Below the pieces are notes generated by a model. That model ran no database searches and was not told where the DNA came from. It saw only the letters and a program-made list of their open reading frames with translations. This document shows, piece by piece, positions 36,560 to 48,585 of a stretch of 53,686 bases of DNA (positions within the stretch are counted from its first letter, which is position 1; the number at the start of each line of letters is the position of its first letter). The position numbers and the translations under genes were made by a program. The stretch comes from Vicugna vicugna. Lineage: Eukaryota. Where the stretch lies: contig MU057984.1 in the NCBI GenBank assembly GCA_013265495.1, positions 675,597-729,282 of the forward strand, in the 5' to 3' direction.

Positions 36560-37071
36560 TCTTCGCAGGCAAAGCCCATTAACGATTCCCAGGAAATAAG
36601 AGAACCTGAGTAAGAGAATAAAGTCTAACCTTTTTTCCCTTTGTACTTCGTCTAGTTTCACTTGCTCAGAGGGTGCCACGGGCACATGACTTGCTCCTGA
36701 CATTGCAGCCCGGTGACCGTGTGGAGAAACTGCAAATGACACCACCAATCAAGATGGCGGCGGTGAGGCGGCGGCGGCTGCAGCGGGCCCCGTGCAGAGG
36801 CACCGCGAGATCTGCAGCGTGAGCAGCACAGCTGTGCCTGTGGACGAGAACCCTGCCCCCTCCCCCGCTGATGAGATCCCTATAAAGCAGCCCCGCCCAC
36901 GGCCTGGCCTGTCTGGAGAGCACGGACTCTAGATCACAGCTCCGAGCTCTCCACCCTTTGATCGAAGAATAAAGCTGTCTTTTGTTTCTGAACTGAAGTC
37001 GGTCTCCTTCTCTTGGCACAAGCGACACCGAGCAGAAGGACCCTGGTTGGCGCCCAAAAGGTCTGTAACCT
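36560..37071 (+). promoter_or_regulatory. 3' LTR, CpG-rich, with intact promoter and poly(A) elements
   Basis: CCAAT at 36745, YY1 CAAGATGGCGGC at 36750-36761, TATAAA at 36881, CCCCGCCC at 36891, AATAAA at 36968. About 27 CpG in about 510 bp (hand count). Promoter activity itself is inferred. Confidence 0.8.
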
Positions 37072-39995
37072 ATGTGGTATTTACACACAATAGAATACTG
37101 TTGAACTTTAAAAAAAAAAAAATTCTGCCCTGTGCCACAACATGGATGAGCATCATGGACATTACGGTAAGTGAAATAAGACAGTTACAGAAGGACAAAT
37201 ATTGCATGATTCCACTTGTATGAAGTATTTAAAAGTCAAATTCACAGAATTAAAGAGGGAAATGGTGGCTGCCAGGATCTGAGGGGAAGAGGAAATGAGG
37301 AGTTCCTAATCAACGGACATAAAAGTTTCAGTTAAACAAGATGATAAGATCTAGAGATCTGCTGTACAACACTGTACTTGTAGTAAAAAATAATGTACAC
37401 TTTAAAATGTTTTCAGTGGTTAGATCTCATACAAGTGCTATTGCTACACACACACACACAACCAGTTTCTTATGTTATACACATTAGGGATATACAGGTA
37501 TAGATATAGATGCCTGATTAATTACAAATACAAAATCATGTTCATTCATTAACAGAATCAATTTTAAGGATATCAATTTGGGAGAGATTATATTGACCAA
37601 GAGTTTAGTTGTTAGTACAGTACTGTGTATCAGTGATAAGATAAAGTATGTTTTTATCCTTCCCACCTAGACTTTTGCAGTACACTATCTGTGGGGAAAT
37701 GGGAATTATATAAATTAAAATCAGTGTAATATTTACAATGAAAAGCTCTGCATATATTTTAAGTTTATACTTTCTAATTTAACACACTCCTTTTTGTGTT
37801 TATCAGATATTTTGATTTATGTTTGTTATTTGGGAAGTTATAAAATGCAAAACCCCACAATGGAAAGAAATCACTGTGAGTGTCAAAACCCCTTCCAAAC
37901 TGCTGAGGATTTAAGTAAGTTGTCTCGGTATAAATTCACTGCAATTAGCATTCTTCAATCTTAAGAGGAAAATGTAATTTTCTTCATGTCTTGAACATGA
38001 ACCATTTTGAAAAAAATTTATATATATTTACAGCTCTGTAAACTTAAAAGTATCATCAGATAAAACGAATAAATAATCATGGTAAATCAATTTTCTTTGA
38101 AATGTTTGATCTTTAAAATCTAAGACTTCCAAATTTCTAAATCTTGTCTTTCTGTGTATTGAGATTCTGTGTTCTTTCAATATTTAAAATTTTATAGTTA
38201 ATAGCCTTTTTCCTTCTAATTTTATTTCGTCTGCTAAATATCAAAACTGAAATATTGATTTAAACAGAAAATGAACTTTTATTTTGGGTATCATGATTAA
38301 TTAGTACTGCACATTCAATGTACGTATGTCTGTCTTGAGACTAACAACAAAATAGACTTGAGATGAAAAACAATAAAAATGCTTGACTATTATTTATGGA
38401 TACAATGTAAAAAATAACTTCTCTATTCTTAATTAATTTGTTAAATTTCTTACAATTTTACATGTTGAGAGAGAAGATGGATTATAAGTTAAAATATCAA
38501 ATGATATCTGAAGTAATATTAGTACTATGAACTCTTTCCCTCATCTTCAGAAAGCAGGTCCTCAAATCTATGCTTGGGACCTGGAAGTTATACATACACA
38601 CAGACACATGTATATAATATTTAGTATTTGATATTTTCCAGTTCTTTAAATCACTGTTACCAAAATCAATCATTGTTCACAAAGCAAAAACTCTTTTGTT
38701 GAAATGGGTCTTGGTGAATTTATGGTTCCTCATTTGAGGGAGACCTGTAATTTTATTAAAAGTTTATATTGGAGTGAAAAGGCCAGGAAGATGTCAGAAT
38801 AAATGGCATTAACCCAGTATTAAAATTTGCCCTTAAATGAACCAAATGTCCGGCTACACTTTTTTCGAAAAAACAAAACAACAGACTCAAAATTCTTAGT
38901 TTTCCATTCTAGGGTTAAAACTGAAAGGCAGGCTCAAAGCTCTGGAAATTGGGAGATTGTTATAATCATATATTTCTCAAAAATAGTAATATTTTATTTT
39001 GTCTTTACAGTTTAGCTCAGACTGAATTTAAATGCTTACTTCTTGTGGTGGGTTAGTGGTTTGGCAGAGGCCAAGATTAATTAGGAGATATCAACTCTGT
39101 TCTCCCTTATATGAATATGATCCATAAACTTTGGCAATGGGAATGTAAACTAAAAACTTTATTAAAATTTGTAAAATCAGTATATTGTGATAATGTGTTA
39201 CTTTTATAATTTAAAAAGAACAAAATAGATTAAGAAACAATTTTGAATGCCAATTAGTTAATATATAGATTATCCTTAATCTGTAACCAATATCACAATA
39301 AATAACCTACTTTTTAACATTGCATTCAAAAATGATAGGAATTTGTTTATCATTAATAATCTCATATTGAAAATATATGAAAGTAAGATTAAAAATGTCC
39401 ATATATCATCCCTATAATCGTATGCAGCAGATGATCAGATTAGATCACTTGATTAATTTCAAACATTACTATAATAAATAAGGGAATCTAGGCCAGACTT
39501 AGCAGAGCCAGAATTAGCTGGCCAGTTTGCTGATTCCCAAGGCTCTCTGTCTAGAGGTGTCCAGATCTGTGGTCCTCATATTCTTCTTTTCTAGGAAGTC
39601 AATGTTACCAGAATTGTTGGATGCTCTCTTGCTAATCAAAGCCAGCAGCTGTCTTCCATGGTTTAGGAGAGAAAGTCTTAATGTTTGGAATTTTTTCTTA
39701 TTTTATCTTTTTCTGTAATATATATATATATTTCTAAAAGTGTGACTTGTTCTGGAAATTGTATGGTTACGAGATCAGCATTTTCCTTCCACCTCCCACA
39801 TGTTGTGGTATTCTTTCACATTTTCTCTCTCTTCTTCCTTGCCTGTTGCTTTTTGGGAGCGTTCCTTCATGTGGTTGTACCTCTCGGGTTCCTAGTTATT
39901 TTGTCCTGTGAACTCATGTGAAGATAGGTAAGGGTGATTAGCCATCTTGTCTGATCTGTTGTACTGGAGAAGGGCCTAAGGCCCAGCCTGGTCTG

Positions 39996-40449
39996 TGTCA
40001 GTCCCAGTGAATTTAAGGGATTAAAATCAAAAACAAATAAAGACCAACCTTGAAAATTTTCTGATCAGACAAAACTAGTTTAGTTATACTAACAAAGTTT
40101 ATTTTAGCTTATTTTGCAAGGCTAACTTGACCTGGATCGTTTCTCATTTATGCCTCTGGAAATCATAACCAAACTTAAACCATTTCCCAAGGTTGATATG
40201 AGGTAACAATTAACTGATTCCTATCATTTAAGAAAATGCTATTATAACCAATCACTGTGAGAATAAGCAGTCACTGTGTCCTTACTATATAAGCTTGCTT
40301 TATATCAATATGCCCTTGAGCCTCATTCTATGTTTTGGTTTGAGTGTTCCTGGTTCGCAGTCTTTTTGGTGTGTGCAACAATAAACTTGTACTAATTATG
40401 ACTTCAGTGATTCATTGGTTTTACTTCTGTTATTTCTGAACTTTTGATA
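39996..40449 (+). mobile_element. ERV-type solo LTR
   Basis: TGTCA...TGATA termini, CCAAT near 40249, TATATAA near 40286, AATAAA near 40380, T-rich U5. TSD not recognisable. Confidence 0.6.
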
Positions 40450-41335
40450 AAGGAAAGGGAAGAGGTCATGTACCAGGGTGCAAAGCATGACATGACATGA
40501 ACTGCTGTTGGTCACTCTCGTCTGCTGCCCACTTACCTTTGTCCAGAGCTTTTCTTCAAATCTTTAGTGATGACCAGAAGTTCTAGGCCCTAAAGTCACA
40601 GTCCACCAGCCCTGGGGACCTGGAAGGAGTGGGTGAGGACTGATTATCTGAGGATCCACCTGTCCCTTTCTGCATCACCTGCTCACTCCAACTTGTGGAC
40701 TCAGGCATCCAGAGGTCTAGCCTGTTGATGCTTTTTTCTGTAATGGACAGAGGTTGGTGGTTGTGCCTACACAACTTAGGGGAGAGGCAAAGAACAGAAC
40801 TTCACATGATTCTCCAGCCTCTCCTCATCATGGCCTCCTCCTTGCCACCTGCAGCCTCTCACCTGACCCTCCATCTCCAAACAATCCCAAACAACCTTCC
40901 CTCACTCTGGGTTCACTGTGATTGTTAAATTCCTGAAATAGATGTTTCCTCTCACTTCATAGTTTTTCCACAATTGATATCAGCTAAGAGAGTTAGCAGA
41001 ACACTTGCTTACAAACTGTTACGACTCAAGAAAACTTAGTTTACTAACATTTGCTGAAGTCCTTGGTATTGCATAAAATTATGTACTTGATTGAACTTAA
41101 GTATCTGGAGTTCATGTATTTCCAAAGAAACCATGGATTTTATATGCTTAGCCAACTGAACATGTGTGAAAGCCTGAAGTTTGCTTGGTGCAACTTAAGG
41201 AAATAAACGGTACACTGAGAGTTCCTTCTCTAACCTACACATAATATTCAGCATTAAGTCTGTTTGTTATTTAAGTCAAGGGGCTGACATTGAGTTCTAG
41301 CAACTGTTGAATCTACTACTTAATATAAGATGAAA

Positions 41336-41449
41336 ACAGAATTAGGGATAGACTGGGATTTCAAAATTGTAGAATAGATAAACAAGATTACACTGTATAG
41401 CACAGGGAAATATACACAAAATGTTATGATAAATCACAGAGAAAAAAAA
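41336..41449 (+). mobile_element. Short L1 3'UTR fragment (young camelid-type)
   Basis: AGGGATAGACTGGGATTTCAAAATTGTAGAATAGATAAACAAGATTACACTGTATAGCACAGGGAAATATACACAA. Confidence 0.8.
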
Positions 41450-41979
41450 TAATAATGTTGGAAAAAGGGCACTTGAGAAAATTTAGAAAATAAATCTGGT
41501 AACCAAACTTTTATGACTTCATAATCATCTGTCCTGTTTTGCTAATTCTCTACTAGTAGTGTTAAAAGGAAAATTCCCCACCTACAGTAGCATTTATCCA
41601 GGTGGTCTAGAACTGAACATTGTGCTTCATCACAAATGTTCTAACCAGCTGAAGCTGAAAAAATACCATTATCTTTGAATGACTCACTGGACCTAACTGA
41701 AGGGTCTTTTCTGTCCAACAAATAGTGGGGTTTAATTTTTACTCAATATATACGGACCTATGGACAATCTAAGTCCTCTCTAAAGTGCTAGTTTGCAATC
41801 CTTACTTAGCATAATCACTAAGTAACTTCCTTTCTAGAGAAAGACCCCCAAATCACCTTCACCGCCACCAATACTTCATTAATTTACTTACTGGGAAGTA
41901 TTACGACTTTGTCATAAGTTATTTCACTTTATCTCTGAGAATCTTGGTTTATAATGTTTAACAAATGTTTAGATTTTAG

Positions 41980-43035
41980 AACCTTGCTTCTCAAAGTGTG
42001 GTCCATGGACCACAAGCATTGATCTCACCTGGGGACATGACAGAATTCCCAGACCCTTCCCCCAAGAACTACTGAATCAGAACATCTCCAGGGGATACTT
42101 GTGCAGAATAAAATCAGAGAAGGGCAGGTCTAGGACAGGATTTATCAGTGGTGAATTTGTGGATAAGTATCTGGGGAGCTTGCTTTAAATGCAGGGCCCT
42201 GGGGCCCATGTCAGATTCACCTGATTGGAATCCTACAGGTAAAACCTTGGGAATCTGAATTTTTTTTAATTTGCATTCCTTTTATTGTAGTATATAGTCA
42301 GTTTACAATGTTGTGTCAATTTTTGGTGTACAGCATAATGTTTCAGCCATATAGATACATATATATATTCATTTTCATACTCTTTTTCATTACAGGTTAC
42401 TATAAGATATTGAATATAGTTCCCTGTGCTACACAGAAGAAACTCGCTATTTATCTATTTTATATATTGTACTTAGTATCTGCAAATCTCGGACTCCCAA
42501 TTTATCCTTTCCCACCCCCTTTCCCCAAATGATAACCATAAGTTTGTTTTCTATGTCTATGAGTCTATTTCTGTTTTTTAAATAAGTTCATTTGTGGTTT
42601 GTTTTTTTTAGATTTCACATATAAGCTATATCATATGGTATTTTTCTTTCTCTTTCTGGCTTACTTCACTTAGAATAATAATCTCCAGGTCAATCCATGT
42701 TGCTGCAAATGGCATAGTTTTATTATTTTTATGGCTGAGTAGTATTCCATTGTATAAATATACCACAACTTCTTTATCCAGTCATCTGTTGATGGACATT
42801 TAGGTTGCTTCCATGTCTTGGCTATTGTAAACAGTGCTGCTGGGAACATAGGGGTGCATGTGTCTTTTTGAATTAAGGTTCCCTCTGGATATGCCCAGGA
42901 GTAGGATTGCTGGATCATATGGTAAGTCTACTTTTAGTTTCTTAAGGAACCTCCATACTGTCCTCATAATGGGCTAAATTTTAAACAAGTACCCCAGGTA
43001 ATTATTATGTTCACTGAGATATGAGAACCACTGCT
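41980..43035. mobile_element. Two adjacent MER5-like hAT elements (about 41980-42133 and 42136-43035), the second interrupted by an L1
   Basis: CTTCTCAAAGTGTGGTCC...ACTGAATCAGAA; second ...GGGAATCTGAATTTT [L1] TTTTAAACAAGTACCCCAGGTAATT...GAGAACCACTG. Confidence 0.75.
42264..42973 (-). mobile_element. 5'-truncated L1, antisense, with ~9-bp TSD
   Basis: ORF 42670-42918 (KDTCTPMF...[25 protein letters not shown]). TSD CTGAATTTT (42255-42263) and CTAAATTTT (42974-42982). Confidence 0.93.
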
Positions 43036-44234
43036 TTAGAAATTGCAGTCATTAAGTAGTTTTTTATTTTTAAGTCAGGCAGTTTGTATCTCAGTTTTAC
43101 AATTAATTTTTCTATCTATTTTAAGGAAAATGTGTTTATTGTAATTAAGCAGGGACTTATCAAACAGAAGGAACTGTTTTATCTCAAAGTAGTACATGTA
43201 CAGTGTATAACGATCAAATATTTATTATATTGGCTTAATCTTCTCATCTGTATGTCAAAATGTCTTACCCTTGTGGCTGTGGAATAGTCACAATAGATTA
43301 TCACCAAAATAAATTGCCCTAACGATTCATTTTAGATTCATAGAAGTATTGAGAAGAATTGGGGACTTTTTTTTCCTGCCTCATACTTTATAAAATTTAA
43401 ATGAGAATTCAGTGCCTCATTTTAAATTTAAATTACTCTCTCGAGAGGAACACTTCCTTATATATTTGCCTAAGTTTAACTTTACAGTGATACAGGTACA
43501 CCTGAAAGCCTGTCATGTGTCTTGCATAATTCATAGATAGCCTTTTACTATGATTAATTTTATATATTGAACATTAGCTGGTATACACTATTGGTACATC
43601 TTAAAAGTCAAATAGGAAAGCATTAGAAATACCTGGTTAAAACAAAAGGAGAGACTCTAATACTAGTTTTCGAGTGTCAGGATACACAAAAATACTGCAG
43701 TTGTGTATGTACAAGTGTGCATGCACATGTGTGTTTTAAGAAGTATAAAAAAATCTTTGATAAATCTTATTACTGACTTGTTTTTTGATTCCATTTTTCT
43801 ACATTCAGAAGTCGTCATATTTATTCTAAATGCTAGTACAGCTGTTAAAGAAGAATACTCATTATAAACTGTTGATATGAGTAATTCAATATTTAAATGC
43901 TTTGGCATAAAGATGATAAAACATAAGATACGTAGCATAGCACCATGTCTATATGTTATTGCTTCTCCCTCCTCCTATTTTTTTTTTCTTTTCCTTGAAT
44001 ATTGGTTTGAGGAATAGTGAAGTGATTATGAAAAACTTGGCTGGGAGAAGCAACTTTCTCCACTTATCCTGTGAGGAGTGACTGTCAGAGGCATAGAAGT
44101 AACATTTTGCACCCTAAGCACAGGGACACTTGTCTTTTGGAACCCAGTTTCAAGTAGATTATGGATTTTCCCCAAACCTCCTCTTTAGGCTGGCTCATTT
44201 TTTTCCCTCAATTTTCTCTGATAAGGCTATTCTA

Positions 44235-44375
44235 GGATATTTATTTTTAAAAAATTTCTAGGCCCCGTTCTACACCAATTGAATCAGACTTTCCAGAAGA
44301 GGGACCTGGGAATCTATGCTTTCTCTTCTTCTAAGATATATGTTTTGAGTGGTCGAATGAGAAGACTTAGACTTC
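44235..44375. mobile_element. MER5-like fragment
   Basis: TTTCTAGGCCCC...CCAATTGAATCAGACTTTCCAG...GGGACCTGGGAATCTATG. Confidence 0.55.
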
Positions 44376-45456
44376 TTAAACTGTAATTTATTCTGATTAG
44401 AGTTATTTTTCATGAATGGTGGGGAGCAAAGAGAAGAAATTTTTTGTGCTCTTGTGGATTTCCACAAAGTAGAATTCTAAAAAATTCTTGTTTCATTTAT
44501 TTCAGCATTATTCTGATGGAATCCTCAACATTTGTATGTTTAGTATAATAATTCATTAAATATGGCCAATTAGTTAACTGCATGAACCACTGGTAAATAT
44601 CTATATTTTATAACCTCTTAATAATCAGAAGAAATTCAGTATAATTTGCACTGAATAAATTTACTATAAATTTATTCCAAATGTTTGTATTATTCACATT
44701 TTTATTCAAATATATTTCCTTATGCGTTACTAGCTTCATGTGCATGGTAAATGAAAATACGCACTTGACACCATTAATATTTAAACTTCTCCCACCTAAT
44801 TTGTCAAGTCAGTATCTGTAGATTAGAGTCTGAACTCAGGATATAGAAGCAGAGTTTCTAAAATTTAGATTGCTTTATAATTCTAATATCTTTTAAAATA
44901 CAGAAAACTATCCACAGTAAAACAGAATAAAAAGTAGTGATATGACAATTAAAGAATATCATGGCAAAAGAAAATAATGCAGATTTCTATTTACAAAATG
45001 GGTTTATATATTGACCTTTCCCTCTATGGTGTTAGTTTACAGTACACCTTTGTTTGTCTCTGAGTGATCCTCTTAGGTGTAAAAAGGGCTCAGCAGGTAA
45101 AAATTGGGGCAATTTTGATAACATGGGTTGTCCCAATATTAAAGTCATCTGAAATCATTACAATGCTTGGGCCAATCTTGCTAAGATTGAAATAAATGTA
45201 TTTTTATTTCCAAAAGTGAATTGTACTCAAGCCAATATTTTTAAGAAAGCATAAAGATTATATATGTTATGTTTGATTTTCCTCTTGGTTCTGTGAGAGA
45301 AGTCGTTAAAAGAAGATGCCATGTGTTCTCACTGTATTTGTTTTATTAATGGTCATGTTATTTTTAACTTGGGTATTCAAAGCCTTGCTTTCTCACTTGG
45401 CTTTAGTAATCAATACAATATGAAGTAATGAGTTGAACTTTAACACCATACCACAC

Positions 45457-45982
45457 TGCCAGGGAGGATAAAATTTCCCCCTCTATTTCTCTTGAGTTAT
45501 TGTGAATAAAGTTATTATTAGTCCAGTCAAAAGACAGACTTACAGGAGAAAAAAGTAACAAATTTTAATTGGCGTGCATGAAGTCTCATAGAAATAGGAC
45601 CTAAGGGGATCTAAGAAGTGGCCAAAGTATGCAACTTTTATAACCTTTTTAGACAAAGAAACAATAAATTTGTGAGGAACTGGCAGGACAAAGAAACCCA
45701 AAGACTTTGGGTGCTTAATTAGTGAAGAATCTAAGCAAAGTTTGGGCTTGGGGTAGTCAATTAAAGAAGCAATAAGGTTTGTTTATACAGGCTTCTTGGC
45801 CCGAGTTCCCCATCTCTGGTGATGAGGGTGTCCTTCTACCTGGAGATGCAGGGAGGGCACCTTTCACATGGGAGATTCATATCTTGCTTTCAGGGAGACA
45901 GAGAGGAGGGTCAAAGTGTTCCTCTTATATTGGCCATTTCCTAAGTAACTTTAATTCAGAATGATCAATATGCCACCAAGGC
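45457..45982 (-). mobile_element. MER34-related solo LTR, antisense, 5'-truncated
   Basis: AAGACAGACTTACAGGAGAAAAA and TGATCAATATGCCA mirror the + strand LTRs at 9635 and 24159. The terminal ~35 bp of the 5' end is missing. Confidence 0.8.
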
Positions 45983-47179
45983 AACACCATACCATAATAG
46001 ATTTTAGGTATCTTATGTTAATGTAACTGTAGATATCAAATATTATTATTGCCAAACACTAGTAAACAGTTCTTCTAGAAATCTAACTTTTTAGTCCCTT
46101 GCATCTTCTTGATTAAATGGTTGCTTTGTCATGTAGATTTCATCTGCGTTGTTTCAAAAGATTTTCTTTACTTTTTATTTTGAATAATTTATTATCTCAC
46201 TCATTAAACTAGAGTCAAACTTCAAAGCAACGCTATAGGTATCTGTGAGCACAAGTAACAAAAAAATTGACTCAGTTTAATGAACAGCAAAATTGAGTCG
46301 GCTTTCACAATTTGCAATGCAATATAAGAATTCTATCTCATAGATTGTAACTTTTTTTCTTTATATAATGTTCTGGAATGGGTTTGACTAGCTCCACAGT
46401 TCCAAAGTTATTGAAACCAAAGACTCTAAAGTTACAGGTAGAGGTAGTTTTCTTGTTATAACATATTTGCCAAGGCAAAACCAAAATGGAATTCACAATA
46501 TCAAAACATTGATAATTTAATTTTGGCAGGAAAGGAAACCTTAGAAGTATTTATCTAATATAATTACCAACTCAGCTTAAAGTACAGCGTAAGAAGTGTG
46601 TCTACCATGGTCTCAAGATTTATTATTCTTTCTCATATAGTCTCGTCTATTTACATTCATAATACTGAATTGTCTCAGTTCTTCTCTCAACTATCCCTTC
46701 AATAACAGAAACATAAAGTTGCTGAAACACTGAGTGAGGGCGTTGTGATCTAACAGAAGTCTGGGAGAACGCGATCTGACACAGAGGAATCAGTCTCCTG
46801 CAGACTAACCCCCAAAGAATAACTCAGAGCCATTAGTTTAAAGGATTGAGGATTTACCGCCACATACCTCTATGAAGACTGTCTTCCAGATCAAAGGCAA
46901 GGGTGGGACTTATAAACGTAAAAGCCAAAAGATTTCTCAAGGAAAAGGCACCGGCCAATATATACAAAACCTTGATTTGTCATTCAGCAACTGGCACAGA
47001 CTGCTGAGCCCCAAGTCCATACGATGACTTGAGATAGAGTAGTCACAAATTCACTAAAAAGGCTGATTTTTTTGAAATGCTGAAGAGTTCCTTCTTTTTT
47101 CTGGGGTCCTGTTTGATTTATGGCACGCACCAAGGCTCTGGGTCATGAAACAGGAAAATACCTACGCACTCATTCAAGG

Positions 47180-47425
47180 TTCAGTGAAAATTTCCAGAAC
47201 TGCAACCATCAAATCCATTTTCTAGGCAGTAGAAAAATAGGAAGGGCAGGCGTAAGTGTATGCCTTCTCCCTTTTGGAAAACTTCCCAGAAATACAACAC
47301 AGCATATTTGCTTGTTGCCCATAGGCTAAATCTTGATCAGATGACTGAATCTATGTTCACATGCCTAAACAAAATTCAAAGTTTTGTCAGTGAGGAGGAA
47401 AGGTAAAATAGTTAGGGAGGTAATA
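47180..47425 (-). mobile_element. MLT1-like relic
   Basis: AAACTTCCCAGAAATACAACACAGCATATTTGCTTG...CCATAGGC...AAAATTCAAAGTTTTGTCAGTGAGGAGGAA. Confidence 0.55.
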
Positions 47426-48585
47426 CAAAAAGAATTTTTATCCCAAACATCACAAAGTTATCTAATATTTCATCAATCCAGTTACACAGACAGAATGAGA
47501 GCTTTTATTTAAATATTGCTTAATAAAAATAACACTTAATAATGCTACAAGTCACATTTTTCTCAAAGCTCTCATTATTATTTGTTTTTGAAGAGAATTC
47601 CAGGCAAAAATGAAATATAAGAATGCACATTTAAAATGTAACTAGAATGGGAGAGCTGCATGGTACATCTACAGTTAACTTTCTTATATAATCTAAAATG
47701 TAATAACATTACACTGTCTCAATAAAACCCCAAGTCTGGTCTCCAGTTTAACCAGCAAGGTAACACTGGGAAACAAGAAAAGGTTAGAAAAATTCCCTAT
47801 AAACTGACTGGATTGTCTTACTGCTTTGAAAAAAAAAATCACAATTCTTTTCCTTTTAGGCAGATGGTAATACTGCACTTCCTCACCAATACTGAAATTA
47901 TGTATGAACATATAATTTATTTGGCCCAAGACACGTGAGAAGTGCTGTATGTTATTTTCCAAGTTTAAGTGCCACTGGGCAATTTTTCAGATTCCTTTCT
48001 CCTGCTGTAATGATTTTTGAAGCACATGCAAAAATTGAGCCTCCCTTAGCTTAGGTCTCTAATTGTAACTTCTCCATCTATAATGGACATGTAGTAGGAA
48101 TACAAAATCAACTATTATGCAAATCTACTGATTTTGGAGGCTGTTTGTTACTGCAACGTGATATGTCTCAAAAGAATATATTTTCTCTTCTCAAATGAGC
48201 CTAATGGTATTGAAATTATCTCTCAGGTGTTGTTAAAAATATAATAGAAGCCATTATTTAAAAAATTTAAAAGTATCTAAAACCTGTTTTTTACAAGCAA
48301 TAGGTAAATATGAAAAAAACTCAGTGGCATGGGAGGTAGATTTTATATTCACTACACATTTTACTTTAGGAGAATATGAAGTATTAGCACAAGCAAGAAC
48401 AGTTAACAAATTCTTATTCTAATTAATCCCCAAAGAATTGGCTGCCGAAGATCAGTATAAAACACTGGTTTTACCCACATTTTAAAATTGATCGATGGAT
48501 CAGCTCTGCTAAGAAACAAATCCTTTGAAAATTATTTTCTACCCCGATATGATTTGCTGTTCTTACCAGCAATATTGAGTTGGGT

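Larger units (their letters stand above)
33042..37071 (+). mobile_element. Pol-deleted gammaretrovirus-like (ERV1) provirus: LTR-PBS-leader-gag remnant-env TM remnant-PPT-LTR
   Basis: Two homologous LTRs, PBS, gag and env homology, PPT. TSD (A)TGTG at 33037-33041 and 37072-37076 within a host L1. Confidence 0.92.
32995..37462 (+). mobile_element. Old L1 3' fragment (32995-33041 and 37072-37462) interrupted by the ERV
   Basis: ...TCCATGGGCAGATAAATGGATACAGAATGTG [ERV] ATGTGGTATTTACACACAATAGAATAC... reads as continuous L1. Ends in (CA)n near 37446-37461. Confidence 0.88.

Noticed and set aside
37048..37058. TGGCGCCCAA resembling a tRNA-Lys PBS (would imply another provirus downstream)
   Set aside because: It lies inside U5 (5' LTR counterpart TTGGGGCCGACTCAAAG) and is followed by the LTR end, the TSD and L1 sequence.
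35948..37088. Minus-strand ORFs of 132, 72 and 140 aa over the CpG island
   Set aside because: They are antisense to env/LTR in GC-rich, stop-poor DNA and show no recognisable homology. An antisense transcript is not excluded.
43700..43735. Palindrome TGTGCATGCACA
   Set aside because: By-product of a degenerate (TG)/(CA) alternating tract.
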